NCBI GenBank assembly: GCA_963845515.1
Contig: CAWJSR010000020.1
Location: 1-64,000, forward strand
Direction: 5' to 3'
Length of the DNA: 64,000 nucleotides
From: an uncultured delta proteobacterium
GTDB lineage: Bacteria; Myxococcota; Myxococcia; Myxococcales; Anaeromyxobacteraceae
The position numbers were made by a program, and so were the translations under genes. Shown one piece after another: positions 1 through 12,143 of this stretch. Numbering within the stretch: the first letter of the stretch is position 1; each line of letters starts with the position of its first letter. The notes beneath the pieces were generated by a model that did not search any database, had not been told where the DNA came from, and saw nothing but the letters and a program-made list of their open reading frames with translations.

Positions 1-508
1 CGCATGCGCGGCGGCGCTACAATGCCGGCTATGGCGTGAAGTCGCGGGCCGACATGCAGGCGGTGCTGGCGTTCTTCGAGGAGCGGCGCGGGCGGTTTCA
101 CTCGTTCCTGTGGCGCGACGCGCTGGACTATTCCTCGAACGGCACGGCGACGCCGACGGCGCTCGACCAGGCGATCGGGACCGGCGACGGGGTGACGGCT
201 ACGTTCCAGCTTGACAAAGCGTTACGGCGCGAGCTTCGACCCCTATCTGCGGCCGATCACCAAGCCGGTGGCGGGATCGGTGCGGGTGGCGGTGGACGGG
301 AGTCGAGGCTGCATCGCCGACTTCACCGTCGATGCGCTGACCGGGCGTGGTGACGTTCGCTGTGGCGCCGGCGGTCGGCGCGGCGGTGACGGCCGGGTTC
401 CTGTTCGACGTGCCGGTGCGCTTCGACATCGACCGGCTCGATGTCGAGCTGACGAGCTTCGATGCGGCCGAGGCGCCGAGCATTCCACTGATCGAGGTGC
501 GCGAATGA
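1..508 (+). CDS. GTA/phage distal tail protein (DUF2460/TIGR02217-like), 5'-partial, frameshifted
   Basis: RRRYNAGYGVKSRADMQAVLAFFEERRGRFHSFLWRD...GFLFDVPVRFDID...IPLIEVRE pieced together across frames; TGA 506-508 overlaps next ATG (ATGA). Confidence 0.85.
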
Positions 509-1407
509 GGACGCTGGACGCGGGCGTTGCGGCGCATCTCGACGAGCGGCGCGACGACGCTGGCGACTTGCTGGCGGATTGCGCGCGCGCGACGGCGTGG
601 TGCTGGGCTTCACCGACCATGACGAGGCGCTGAGCTTCGACGGCACCGACTATCGTGCCGGCGCATGGGCTCGATGGCGGCGAGGCGCCGGCGAAGCTCG
701 GGCCGCAGATCGACACCAGCGAGGTGGTGGGGGTGCTGCGTTCGGACGGCGATCACCGAGGACGATATCCTGCTCGGGCGCTACGACGGCGCCGTGGTCG
801 AGACCTGGCGGGTGAACTGGCGCGACGTGTCGCAGCGGCTGCTGCTGCGGCGGGCGACGCATCGGCGAGATCGTGCGCGAGGACGGGGTGTTTCGGGCCG
901 AGCTGCGCTCGGGCCAGCAGGCGCTGAACGTGCCGAAGGGCCGGCTCTATCAGGCGCTGTGCGATGCCGAGCTGGGCGATGCGCGCTGCGGGGTGGATCT
1001 CGACGATGCCGGCGTATCGGGCCGAGGCGGTGGTGGCGGAGGTGCGCGACCGGTTTCGGCTCGCGGTCGAGGGGATCGGCGGGTTTCGACGAGGGCTGGT
1101 TCGCGCTTCGGCATGGCGGCGTGGGCCTCGGGCAAGCGCGAGGGCTTGCGCGATCGGGTGGTGACGGCGATGCGGCAGGGCGGCGGCGGATGTGCTCGGC
1201 TTCGCCGCGCCGGTGGGCGACTGGGTGGTGCGCGGGCGACACGCTGGTGCTGACGGCGGGCTGCGACCGGCGGTTTGCCACCTGCGCGCGAGCAGTTCGC
1301 CAATGCCGCGAATTTCCGCGGCTTTCCGCACATTCCGGGCAGCGACTTCGTGCTGCGCTATCCGCGGCCGGGCGACGCGCTGCGACGGGCGGAAGCTGGT
1401 CGGATGA
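505..1407 (+). CDS. GTA baseplate hub protein (DUF2163/TIGR02218-like), frameshifted
   Basis: DGVVLGFTDHD, ITEDDILLGRYDGAVVETWRVNW, CDAELGDARCGVD, AGCDRRFATC, NFRGFPHIPG motifs spread over several frames. Confidence 0.85.
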
Positions 1408-1826
1408 GCCCCGACAGATCGTCGAGGCGGCGCGCGGCTGGCTGGGCACGCCCTATCGGCATCGGGCGGCGATGCGCGGGGTCGGGCTGCGATTGCCTCG
1501 GGCTGCTGCGCGGGGTGTGGCGCGAGCTCTATCGGCGACGGCGCCGGACGCTGCCGCCCTATCGCGCCGACTGGCGCGACGGGGCGCATGTCGGCGGAGC
1601 TGCGGGCGCGGCCGAGCGGTGGCTGCGTGCGCGGAGCGGCGATGCGCGCCGGGCAGCGGTGCTGCTGTTCCGGCTCGGGGCGAGCCTGGCGCCGCGGCAT
1701 TGCGGCATCATGGTCGCCGGCGACCGCTTCATCCATGCGCAGGAGCGGCTCGGCGTGGTCGAGGCCAACCTGACCGACGGCTGGGCGCGGCGGGTCGGCC
1801 GGGCGTAGGGCAGCTTTCCGGACTGA
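1404..1826 (+). CDS. GTA NlpC/P60 cell-wall peptidase, frameshifted
   Basis: ARGWLGTPYRH, GCDCLGLLRGVWRE, HCGIMV..DRFIHAQE; ATGA-coupled to the upstream gene; end approximate. Confidence 0.85.
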
Positions 1827-1859
1827 CGATGGTCGGCTCGCGCTGCGTTCTGCAGCAGA

Positions 1860-1899
1860 CCCCTCACCGCCTTCGGGACCTTCCCCCGCAGGGGAGAGG
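1860..1899. repeat. REP-like palindromic intergenic repeat
   Basis: ccctcaccgcc...cttcccccgcaggggagagg between the peptidase and the megatron gene. Confidence 0.5.
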
Positions 1900-1939
1900 C
1901 TGATGGATGCCGCAAGCTCCGTGATTCATTGGAGCATTC

Positions 1940-4900
1940 ATGGCAACACTTGCACTTTCGCTGGCCGGCCAGGTCGTCGGCGGCGCGGTGGGCGGGCCGA
2001 TTGGCGCGACCATCGGCCGGGCGCTGGGGGCGCTGGCCGGGTCGGCGATCGACGCGACGCTGTTCGGCGAGAAGCCGCGAGCCGGTGGCGCGGCCGATAT
2101 CCGGCTGCAGGGCTCGAGCGAGGGCGGCGGCGATGCCGCGGCTCTATGGCTGGAGCCGGCTGACCGGCAACATCATCTGGGCGACGGAGCTCGAGGAGAT
2201 CGCCGCGCGAGAGCCGGGCGGCAAGGGCACGGCGCCAGACCGAGGAGACGACGAGATCGTGCGCCAGCTTCGCCGTGGCGCTCTGCGAGGGCGAGGTGCA
2301 GCGGCTCGGGCGGATCTGGGCCGATGGGCAGGTGCTCGAGACCGAGGGGCTGACGCTGCGCTTCTATCGCGGCAGCGAGACGCAGACGGCCGGACAGCCT
2401 GATCGAGGCGAAGCAGGGCGACGGCGCCGGCCTATCGCGGGCTCTGCTACCTGGTGTTCGAGCGGCTGCCGCTGACCGCGTTCGGCAACCGCATCCCCAA
2501 CATCTCGGTGGAGCTCTGCCGGGTGGTCGGCGAGCTCGAGCCGGCGATCCGCTCGGTGACGGTGATCCCCGGCGCGACCGAGTTCGGCTATGACCCGATG
2601 CCGCGCGTGCGGGTGCTGGGGCCGGGCGCGACGGCGAGCGAGAACGCGCATCAGTCGCCGCGGTGCTCGCGACTGGACGCTGTCGCTCGACGAGCTGACG
2701 GCGCTCTGCCCCAACCTCGAGCATGTGTCGCTGGTGGTGGCCTGGTTCGGCGACGATCTGCGCTGCGGCCACTGCACGATGCGGCCGAGGGTCGAGGCGG
2801 CGAGCGCGGCACGGTGCGCGGCACCGAGTGGTCGGTCGCGGGGCTGTCGCGCGGGGCGCGGAGGTGGTGTCGAGCGCACGATGGCGGGCCGGCCTATGGC
2901 GGCACGCCGTCGGACGCGGCGGTGCTGGCGGCGATTGCCGACCTCAAGGCGCGCGGGCTGGCGGTGACGCTCTATCCGATGCTGCTGATGGATATTCCCG
3001 GCAGGGCAACCCGCATGGGCCAGCCGGCCTATCCCTGGCGCGGGCGGATCAGCTGCGCCGGCGCCGGGCGGCGGGACGCCGGCACGGCGCGGCGGCGACT
3101 CAGGTGGCGGCTGTCGGCGTCGGACTGGGGCTATCGGCGCATGGTGCTGCACTACGCGCACTGGCCGGCGAGGCCGGGGCGCGATGCGCTGGTGATCGGC
3201 TCGGAGATGCGCGGGCTGACGACGGTGCGCGAGGCGGCGGCGGCTTTCCGTTCGTCGACGGCGCTGGTGACGCTGGCGGCGGAGGTGCGGGCGATCGTCG
3301 GCGCCGGACGTGGCGCTGACCTATGCGGCCGACTGGAGCGAGTATCACGGGCTGTCAGCCGGCCGATGCGCCGGGCGACAAGCTCTTCCACCTCGATCCG
3401 CTCTGGGCGTCGCGCCGATATCGACGCGGTGGGGATCGACAACTACATGCCGCTCACCGACTGGCGCGACGGCGAGGCGCATGCCGATGCGGCGGCTGGG
3501 ACGGGCCGCATGACGCTCGACTATCTCGACGGCCAATATCGCCGGCGGCGAGGGCTTCGACTGGTACTATGCCTCGCGACGCCGACCGGCTGGCCGGAGT
3601 GCGGACGCCGATCACCGATGGCGCGCATGGCGAGCCCTGGGTGTGGCGGTTCAAGGACATCGCCGGGCTGGTGGAGCAATGCGCATCACGACCGGATCGG
3701 CGGCGTGCGCTCGGCGATCGCCGACGGCCTGGGTGCCGGGGATCAAGCCGATCTGGTTCACCGAACTCGGGCTGCGGGGCGGTCGACAAGGGCGCCAACC
3801 AGCCCAACGTGTTTCCGCGATGCCAAGAGCGCCGAGGGCGGGCGGCCGTATTTCTCGACCGGCGCGCCGGATGCGCTGATGCAGCGGCAGGTCCTGCGGG
3901 CGCACCTGCAGCATTGGGCGGAGCGGCAACCGATCCGCGGCATGGTCGGATGCTGGAGCGGATCTATCTGTGGACCTGGGATGCGCGGCCCTATCCGGCC
4001 TTTCCGGCGACGCGCGAGGTCTGGGCGGATGGCGCCAACCACGCGACCGGGCACTGGCTGACCGGGCGGCTGGGCGGCGCTGGCCAGCGACGAACTGGCG
4101 CGGGCGGTGGCGGCCGACTTCGGGGTGACGGCTGGTGTCGGGCGTCGCGGCGCTGCCGCTGCGTGCACGGCATGCCGGTCGAGGGCGTGGTCTCGGCGCG
4201 CGATGCGCTCGACGCCGGTGCTCGGCGGCGACCGGGCTGGCGGTGCGCGATGGCGCCGGACGGGCTGGCGACTGGTGCGGCCGCGGTGCGCGGCGGCGGT
4301 GGCGATGGACGAGGTGGTGGCGGCCGACGGGCCGATGCTGTCGCGGCGGCGGCCGGATCCGTCCGAGGCGGTGGGGCGGCTGGCGCTGAGCTATGTCGAC
4401 CGCGAGCGCGACTATCTGACCGGCGACGCGTGACGGCGATGCGGCCGAGCGGCGGGGCGGTGGCCGGCGAATGCCGGGCTGGTGCTCGATCCGGCCGGGG
4501 CGCGGGTCGCGGCGGAGCGGATGCTGCTCGATCGGCGAGTGCGCGCGCGACACGCTGGAGCTGACGCTGCCGCCGTCGCTGCGCCGGCGCTCGAGGTGGG
4601 CGACGCGATCGCGGTGGCGGGGCAGGGCGAGGGGCCGTTCGAGATCACCGAGATCCGCGACGGGCTGGCGCGGAGGGTCTCGGCGCGGGCGATGCCGCCG
4701 GTGCTGCATCCGGCGGTGCTGAGCGAGCGGGTTTCGCGTGGCGGCGCAGCGCGCCGGCGCCGCCGGCCGAGCCGGTGCTGGTGGCGGCGCATCTGCCGGG
4801 CGAGGCGAGTTCGCCGGCCGAGTCGCGGCTGCTGCTGGCGGCCTGGGCCGCGCCGTGGCCGGGGAGGTGAGGTGCAACGGCAGGCGACCGGGGCAGCCTC

Positions 4901-5440
4901 GCCCGGCTGACGCGGCCTGCGGCGCTGGGCGAGCTGGTCGCGCCGCTGGCGGCCGGGCCGCTGCACCTGTGGGACGGGCAGGCGCTGACGCTGAAGCTCT
5001 ATGCCGGGCACCTCGCCGAGGCGACGAGGGCGCGGTGCTGGCGGGCGGCAACCGCATCGCGGTCGAGACCGACGCGGGCTGGGAGGTGATCGGCTTTGCC
5101 GGGGCCGAGCTGGTGTCGCCGGGACCTATCGGCTGACGCGGCTGCTGCGCGGGCAGGGCGGCACGGCGGTGGGCACGGCCGCGGCCGGGGCGCGCGTCGT
5201 GGTGCTCGACGAGGCGGTGGCGGTGCTGCCGGTGGCGGCGCAATGGCTCGGCGAGACGCTGGCGCTGCGCGCCTATGCCGGGCGGCGCGAGCCGAGGGCA
5301 CGGCGTTTGCCGCCGAGGTCGGGCTCGGGCCGGTCACGCCACTGCCGCCCGCGCATCTGCGGGCGGTGCGCGACGATACAGGTGCCGTATCGCTGAGCTG
5401 GGTGCGGCGGTCGCGGGCCGATGCCGGCAGCTGGGCGGCT
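1940..5440 (+). CDS. GTA baseplate multidomain 'megatron'/host-specificity protein (TIM-barrel-like plus tail domains), heavily frameshifted, 3'-truncated
   Basis: MATLALSLAGQVVGGAVGGPIGATIGRALGALAG; GRIWADG; LVIGSEMRGLT; YAADWSEY; GIDNYMPLTDWRD; KPIWFTELG; WTWDARPYP; stops abruptly after LSWVRRSRADAGSW. Confidence 0.85.
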
Positions 5441-5442
5441 CC

Positions 5443-5636
5443 TGCTGTGCAGCTTCAACGCCGCGCTCCTCGCGCGGATCGACGGAGTCCTGGACGCCGG
5501 CTCCACGCCCGGCGGTCAGCCGAGCACGGTGGTCAGGGTCGACGGCGAGCGGCTCACGCTGCTGAGGCAAGGGGCCGTTCCGTTCGACGCGGTCGAGCGC
5601 GCCGCGCGCCTTGCGCCCGATGGGCCCGTGAGCTAG
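5443..5636 (+). pseudogene. tsaC: 3' fragment of L-threonylcarbamoyladenylate synthase (TsaC/Sua5)
   Basis: LARIDGVLDAGSTPGGQPSTVVRVDGERLTLLRQGAVP resembles the YrdC/Sua5 C-terminus; the N-terminal part is missing at the junction. Confidence 0.7.
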
Positions 5637-5649
5637 CGTCCCGCCGCCG

Positions 5650-6993
<1,344 letters not shown>

Positions 6994-7067
6994 CGGCGGG
7001 CGGGGCGGCACGCCCCGCGTCAGTGTCCGCCTTTCCCCCGCCCCGAGGACGGGGTAATTTCCACGCC

Positions 7068-8093
7068 ATGCCATTTCCATTGGAACGCCCCCGCCGCATG
7101 CGCCGGACCGAGGCGCTTCGTTCGCTGGTACGCGAGACCACGCTCGCCCCCGACGACCTGATCTGGCCGCTCTTCGTCCTCCCTGGCGAGCGGATCCGGA
7201 ACGCGGTGAAGAGCATGCCCGGCGTCTTCCAGCTCTCGGTCGACGAGCTGGTGGCCGAGGCGCAGGCGGGCTACGACGCCGGGGTCCGATCCGTGATCCT
7301 CTTCGGGATCCCCGAGCACAAGGACGCCGGCGGCACGGGTGCCTATGACGAGGACGGCATCGTCCCGCGCGCGATCCGGGCGCTGAAGTCCAGGGTGCCC
7401 GGGCTCGTCGTGATGACCGACGTCTGCATGTGCGAGTACACCGACCACGGTCACTGCGGAATCCTCGAGCACCCGAAGGCTGGGGGCCCGGGCCAGGACC
7501 TGCAGGTCGACAACGACAAGACCCTCCCACTCCTGGCGCGGGAGGCGGTCGCGCACGCAAAGGCGGGCGCCGACGTGGTCGCGCCGTCGGACATGATGGA
7601 CGGCCGCGTCGCCGCGATCCGCGAGGGGCTCGACGTCGCTGGCTTCAGCGAGGTGCCGATCCTCTCGTACGCCGCGAAGTTCGCGGGGGCGTTCTACGGG
7701 CCGTTCCGCGACGCCGCCGAGAGCGCGCCGGTGGAGGGGCCGGGCATCCCGAAGGATCGCAAGGGGTACCAGATGGACCCCGGCAACTGGCGCGAGGCGC
7801 TGCGCGAGGTGGCGCTCGACGTCGCCGAGGGGGCCGACATGGTGATGGTGAAGCCTGCCGTCCCGTACCTCGACATCGTCCGGCTGATCCGCGACCGCTT
7901 CGACCTGCCGCTGGCCGCGTACCACGTGTCCGGCGAGTACGCGATGATCAAGGCGGCCGCGGAGCGCGGCTGGATCGACGGAGAGCGTGTGTTGATGGAG
8001 ACGCTCCTCTGCATCCGGCGGGCGGGGGCGGACCTGATCCTGACTTACGGGGCCAAGGACGCGGCCGGTCTGCTCACGGGGCGGCGCAGGTGA
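7068..8093 (+). CDS. hemB: porphobilinogen synthase
   Basis: [61 protein letters not shown]; start taken at ATG 7068. Confidence 0.97.
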   Translation: MPFPLERPRRMRRTEALRSLVRETTLAPDDLIWPLFVLPGERIRNAVKSMPGVFQLSVDELVAEAQAGYDAGVRSVILFGIPEHKDAGGTGAYDEDGIVPRAIRALKSRVPGLVVMTDVCMCEYTDHGHCGILEHPKAGGPGQDLQVDNDKTLPLLAREAVAHAKAGADVVAPSDMMDGRVAAIREGLDVAGFSEVPILSYAAKFAGAFYGPFRDAAESAPVEGPGIPKDRKGYQMDPGNWREALREVALDVAEGADMVMVKPAVPYLDIVRLIRDRFDLPLAAYHVSGEYAMIKAAAERGWIDGERVLMETLLCIRRAGADLILTYGAKDAAGLLTGRRR

Positions 8094-8644
8094 GAGGGGT
8101 CGGGCGCGAGGAGTCCCCCTACCCGAAGGCGGATCTCACGCTCCGTATCCTGGCGCGGCTGGCCGACTTCGTCTTCGCGCTCGTCCTGGCGCGGCTGCAC
8201 TCGCCCCTCGGCCCCCTCCTCGCCGCGACCTACCTGCTGCTCGCCGACGGGATCAGCCATGGCCAGTCCTTCGGCAAGAGGATCTTCGGCGTGCGCGCCG
8301 TCGTGATCTCCCGCCGCGCCCCCGCAGGCTTCCGAGAGTCGATCCTCCGGAACGCGCCCTTCGGGCTGGTGATGGTCTTCGTCGCGGTGCCGCTCCTGTG
8401 GCCGGTCCTGCTCGTCGCCGGGGTGCCGATCGTGGCGTTCGAGACCTGGCAGGTCTTCGACGACAAGCTCGGGATCAGGATCGGTGACTTCTTTGCCGAC
8501 ACGCAGGTGGTCGACGCCAAGGTATTCACGCGGGACGCGGAGGTGGCGGCGGCGCGTCGGCTCGGCATCTCCGCGCCCGCCTCGCCGCCCGCGCCGGTGT
8601 CCCACCGCGAGGGGACTCGCTCGGAGACTCGCGGCGCGGCCTGA
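8090..8644 (+). CDS. RDD family membrane protein
   Basis: [41 protein letters not shown] start overlaps the hemB stop. Confidence 0.85.
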   Translation: MRGVGREESPYPKADLTLRILARLADFVFALVLARLHSPLGPLLAATYLLLADGISHGQSFGKRIFGVRAVVISRRAPAGFRESILRNAPFGLVMVFVAVPLLWPVLLVAGVPIVAFETWQVFDDKLGIRIGDFFADTQVVDAKVFTRDAEVAAARRLGISAPASPPAPVSHREGTRSETRGAA

Positions 8645-8703
8645 CGATCCCTCGTATCACGTGGTATAGAACCGCCCCGTCAAGGGCAATCTCCGGAGGA
8701 GTG

Positions 8704-8811
8704 ATGGCAAATTCGAAGAGCAAGCACGTCCGTGTGAAGAATCGTCGCCGCCAGCAGTGGAAGGCGCAGAAGAAGCGCAAGGCGGCCGCCACGAAGAGCA
8801 CCAAGAAGTAG
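8704..8811 (+). CDS. 35-aa Lys/Arg-rich small protein (not in ORF track)
   Basis: MANSKSKHVRVKNRRRQQWKAQKKRKAAATKSTKK; GGAGGA RBS at 8695-8700; TATAGA -10-like box upstream. Confidence 0.75.
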   Translation: MANSKSKHVRVKNRRRQQWKAQKKRKAAATKSTKK

Positions 8812-8826
8812 CCAGGAGTCGCGCTT

Positions 8827-8918
8827 CCTTCTCCCTCGGCGAGGGAGAAGGGGCAGGGCGAGGGAGGGGCTCACGTCTCGCCCACTCGTCCCTCCCTCTC
8901 CCCCGGTGGGGGAGAGGG
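8827..8918. repeat. pair of REP-like palindromes between convergent genes
   Basis: ccttctccctcggcgagggagaagg; and ccctctcccccggtgggggagaggg (8894-8918), the exact reverse complement of 25137-25161. Confidence 0.8.
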
Positions 8919-8932
8919 GAAGCTGTTCAACC

Positions 8933-9832
8933 TCAGAACATCAGCTGCAGGCCGAGCTCCGGACCGGCGAAGTGCGCCTCGGGGCTGTCGACCTGGTCGC
9001 CGTTCACGTCGATGACGCGCCAACCCGCCGAGACGGCGAACGCGCCGCCGCGGACGACGAAGGCCGCCCGCGTGTCCAGCATGGGGACGGGCAGCGGGGT
9101 GACCCGCGCGTAGCCCTCCAGCCCGAACGGTCCGACCAGGCCGATGTTGCCGGAGACGCCCAGCTGTGGCCCGAAGGTCATGGTGTTCGCGTAGCTGGCG
9201 CCAGCGTACGGGCCGGAGTCCGGAACCGAGAGCATCGAGCCGCCCAGCTCCAGCCGCATGCGGAAGGCGGCATCGCTGAGGAAGGTCCAGCTCGCGCGCG
9301 CGCCGCCGAGCGTCAGCGCCGTGTCGCCGGCGGTCGAGCCCGGCGCGCCCGCGATCGTCATGCCGGTGACGTCGGCGCTGAACCCACCAACCGGCCCCTC
9401 CATCGACATCCCGAGAGTCCCTGCCGCTGCGTTGGACGCGCCGGCGCCATAGGCCTCGAGGCGGGCGGCGATGCGGTCGGCGTCGTCCGGGCGGTAGCCT
9501 GGCTCCTCGCCGGGGTAGTACGGGCGAGGCCAGAGCGGGTAGTAGCCCCAGCCCCAGCTCCAGCCCATCCAGAATGGGACGGCGTCAACTCCGAGGACGA
9601 ACGCCGAAGAGCCGTAGCCGACGCGAGACGAGGGCCGGTACGGATTGCCGCGCTCCGGCGCCTGCCTGAGCAGCGCGGAGCCGGGAGGCGCGGGCCTGGT
9701 CGCGTCCTTGGCGATGAAAGCGGCGGATGGGCGGCCCCTCTTCCTGGCCGCCTTCCTGACCACGGGGCTCCAGTCAGCCAGCGCCAGCGCTGGGACCACG
9801 ACTGCGAGCGAGATGAACAGGAACTTGCGCAT
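8933..9832 (-). CDS. exported hypothetical protein, probable outer-membrane beta-barrel
   Basis: signal peptide, W/Y/P-rich linker, amphipathic strands, C-terminal ...ELGLQLMF. Confidence 0.65.
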   Translation of the reverse strand: MRKFLFISLAVVVPALALADWSPVVRKAARKRGRPSAAFIAKDATRPAPPGSALLRQAPERGNPYRPSSRVGYGSSAFVLGVDAVPFWMGWSWGWGYYPLWPRPYYPGEEPGYRPDDADRIAARLEAYGAGASNAAAGTLGMSMEGPVGGFSADVTGMTIAGAPGSTAGDTALTLGGARASWTFLSDAAFRMRLELGGSMLSVPDSGPYAGASYANTMTFGPQLGVSGNIGLVGPFGLEGYARVTPLPVPMLDTRAAFVVRGGAFAVSAGWRVIDVNGDQVDSPEAHFAGPELGLQLMF

Positions 9833-10008
9833 GGTGTGCCTCCACGGGGTAGCTTAGCAACCGCGGTGCCAGCGCGTTGGGCCGGCGCAAGCGCTCGAAA
9901 GAAGGCGAAAAGAGGGAAGGCTGGTGCGTCGAGATCGCTCGTGCGGGCTCCCCGCCTGGAGCCTCCTGGCGACAGGGTGACGAATCGGAACGGTGGAGTG
10001 GTTCACGC

Positions 10009-10038
10009 TTGACGCCCCTGCCGTGGCCGCGCTAAGTA
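10009..10038 (+). promoter_or_regulatory. sigma70-type promoter for tRNA-Ala
   Basis: TTGACG-N17-CTAAGT about 50 bp upstream of the tRNA. Confidence 0.5.
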
Positions 10039-10087
10039 CCCGGTCCCTCGGCCTTCCCAAGCCGGGGAAACATCGAATACGCAGCAG

Positions 10088-10160
<73 letters not shown>

Positions 10161-10167
10161 CAAGTGA

Positions 10168-10202
10168 AGCGGGCGGCCACCTCGGCCGCCCGTTTCTTTT
10201 TG
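10168..10202 (+). terminator. intrinsic terminator after tRNA
   Basis: gcgggcggcc-acctc-ggccgcccgt followed by ttcttttt. Confidence 0.85.
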
Positions 10203-10239
10203 GTGTGCGTGGCTGCGTGGCCGGTATGAGCACCTGGCC

Positions 10240-11520
10240 GTGACCACGACCACTCCTCCCGGCGAGCTGCTGCTGCTCGTCCCCTCAGCGAGCTATCGGC
10301 TCGACGACTTTCGCGCTGCCGCTGCGCGTCTCGGCGTGCCGCTGCTGATCGGCTCCGACCGGTGTCACTGCGTCGAGGAGAACTTCGGCGACCTCCCCGA
10401 CGACGTGGCGCTCGACTATCGCGACCCGGAGGCGGCCGCGGAGAAGATCGCCGGCCTGGCTGGCCGTCGAAGGATCTCCGGCATCGTCCCGGCGAGCGAC
10501 GGAGCGGCCGTGATCGCCGCGCTCGCGGCCGGGCGGCTCGGGCTCCCGGCCAACCCACCGGAGGCGGCCCGTCGGACGGCCGACAAGCACGCCTCCCGCA
10601 TGGCGCTGGCCGCGGCCGGAGTGCCCGTGCCCACGTTCCGGCTCCACACGCTCGACGAGGACGCCGAGGCGGCGGCGCGAATCGCCGCCTACCCGTGCGT
10701 CCTCAAGCCGCTCGTCCTCTCGGGAAGCCGCGGAGTGATCAGGGCCGACGATCCCGCCGGCTTCGTCTCGGCCTGGAGGAGAATCGAGCGCATCCTGCGC
10801 GGTGCCCGCCGTGAGCGGCGGCCCGTGGAGGGGCCGGCCGGGCGCCAGCTCCTCGTGGAGTCCTTCGTGCCAGGGGCGGAGGTCGCGGTGGAGGGGCTGC
10901 TGCGGGGCGGCGAGCTCGAGCTGCTCGCCCTCTTCGACAAGCCCGACCCGCTCGATGGGCCGTACTTCGAGGAGACGATCTACGTGACCCCGTCGCGCCA
11001 TCCGGCGGCGGCGCAGGCTGCGATCGCGGACGTCACGGCCCGCGCCTGCCGCGCGCTGGGGCTGGTGGAGGGACCGATCCACGCTGAGCTGCGCCTCTCG
11101 CCGGACGGCCCCATCGTCCTGGAGGTGGCCGCGCGCTCGATCGGGGGGCTCTGCTCCCGGACCCTCCGCTTCGGCGCCGGGATGACGCTCGAGGAGGTGC
11201 TCGTCGCCCACGCGATCGGCAGCCCCCTGGAGCGGATCCGGCGCGACGCCGGGGCCGCTGGGGTCATGATGATCCCCATCCCGCGCGCCGGGATCCTGCA
11301 CGGGGTCTCCGGGATCGACGCGGCGCGCGCCGTCCCGGGCGTCGAGGACGTGGTGATCACCGCGCCTGCCGGACGCGAGCTGCAGCCGCTCCCCGAGGGG
11401 GACAGCTACCTGGGCTTCCTCTTCGCGCGCGGCGAGCGCCCCGAGGAGGTGGAGCGCGCGCTGCGCGCTGCGCACGCCCAGCTCCGGATAGACCTCCGCG
11501 CGCCGCTGCCGGTGGCGTGA
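10240..11520 (+). CDS. ATP-grasp domain protein (L-amino-acid ligase-like)
   Basis: DKHASR, YPCVLKPLVLSGSRGVIRAD, VESFVPGAEVAVEG, IHAELR, LEVAARSIGG. Confidence 0.9.
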   Translation: MTTTTPPGELLLLVPSASYRLDDFRAAAARLGVPLLIGSDRCHCVEENFGDLPDDVALDYRDPEAAAEKIAGLAGRRRISGIVPASDGAAVIAALAAGRLGLPANPPEAARRTADKHASRMALAAAGVPVPTFRLHTLDEDAEAAARIAAYPCVLKPLVLSGSRGVIRADDPAGFVSAWRRIERILRGARRERRPVEGPAGRQLLVESFVPGAEVAVEGLLRGGELELLALFDKPDPLDGPYFEETIYVTPSRHPAAAQAAIADVTARACRALGLVEGPIHAELRLSPDGPIVLEVAARSIGGLCSRTLRFGAGMTLEEVLVAHAIGSPLERIRRDAGAAGVMMIPIPRAGILHGVSGIDAARAVPGVEDVVITAPAGRELQPLPEGDSYLGFLFARGERPEEVERALRAAHAQLRIDLRAPLPVA

Positions 11521-11579
11521 AGCAGGCTACCGGCCGCCATCGTTCAAGAGTCCCGGGTTCAGCGGCCGTCGTCGAACCC

Positions 11580-12028
11580 CGGAGGGTGCGGAGGGCCTCG
11601 CGGGACGCCTCCCCGACTTGCTGACACAGTCGAGCGTGTCGCGGAGGGCAGCGCGTGTTGGCGTTCTCGTGCGCTCGCTTCAGATGGCCCTAGGCGGCGC
11701 TCGCGTCGGTGTGCCCCAGGACGAACGTGAGAAAGGCGGGGTCCGCCTCCACGAATTGGGCGAGAGCCTGCAATTCGCCCCAGCGGTCGGCGAGGAGTCG
11801 AGCCACGGCCTCCGACCAGCCCTCTGCGATGGCGCCGTCGTCGCAGTCTGCGTCCCTCGCGAACTTCGCGTACTGCGCGTGCAACTCGGCCCAGGAGCGC
11901 TGCGCGGTTCCGGCCGCGCGCTCCGCCGCTTCAGCCTCGGCCGGGGTGCATGGCCTCGGCTCGGCTCGCGCCGGCGGCGCAAGCGAGAGCGCAAAGGCGA
12001 GGTACGTGGCGCTGATGGGCTTCACCAT
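11580..12028 (-). pseudogene. secreted Cys-paired helical protein, possibly interrupted by an in-frame TAG at 11690-11692
   Basis: signal peptide, CDDGAIAEGWSEAVARLLADRW; the frame stays open after TAG as GHLKRAHENANTRCPPRHARLC; 3' end uncertain. Confidence 0.5.
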
Positions 12029-12143
12029 GCGGGAGAGTGTACCGCCCCGCCGGCGGGTCGCTCATTACTCGATCACATCTCGAGCGGTCGCGCCGCTTGC
12101 ACGGTGAAGCACCGCGTCGCGTCGACCTCCGCCGCACCCGCAG

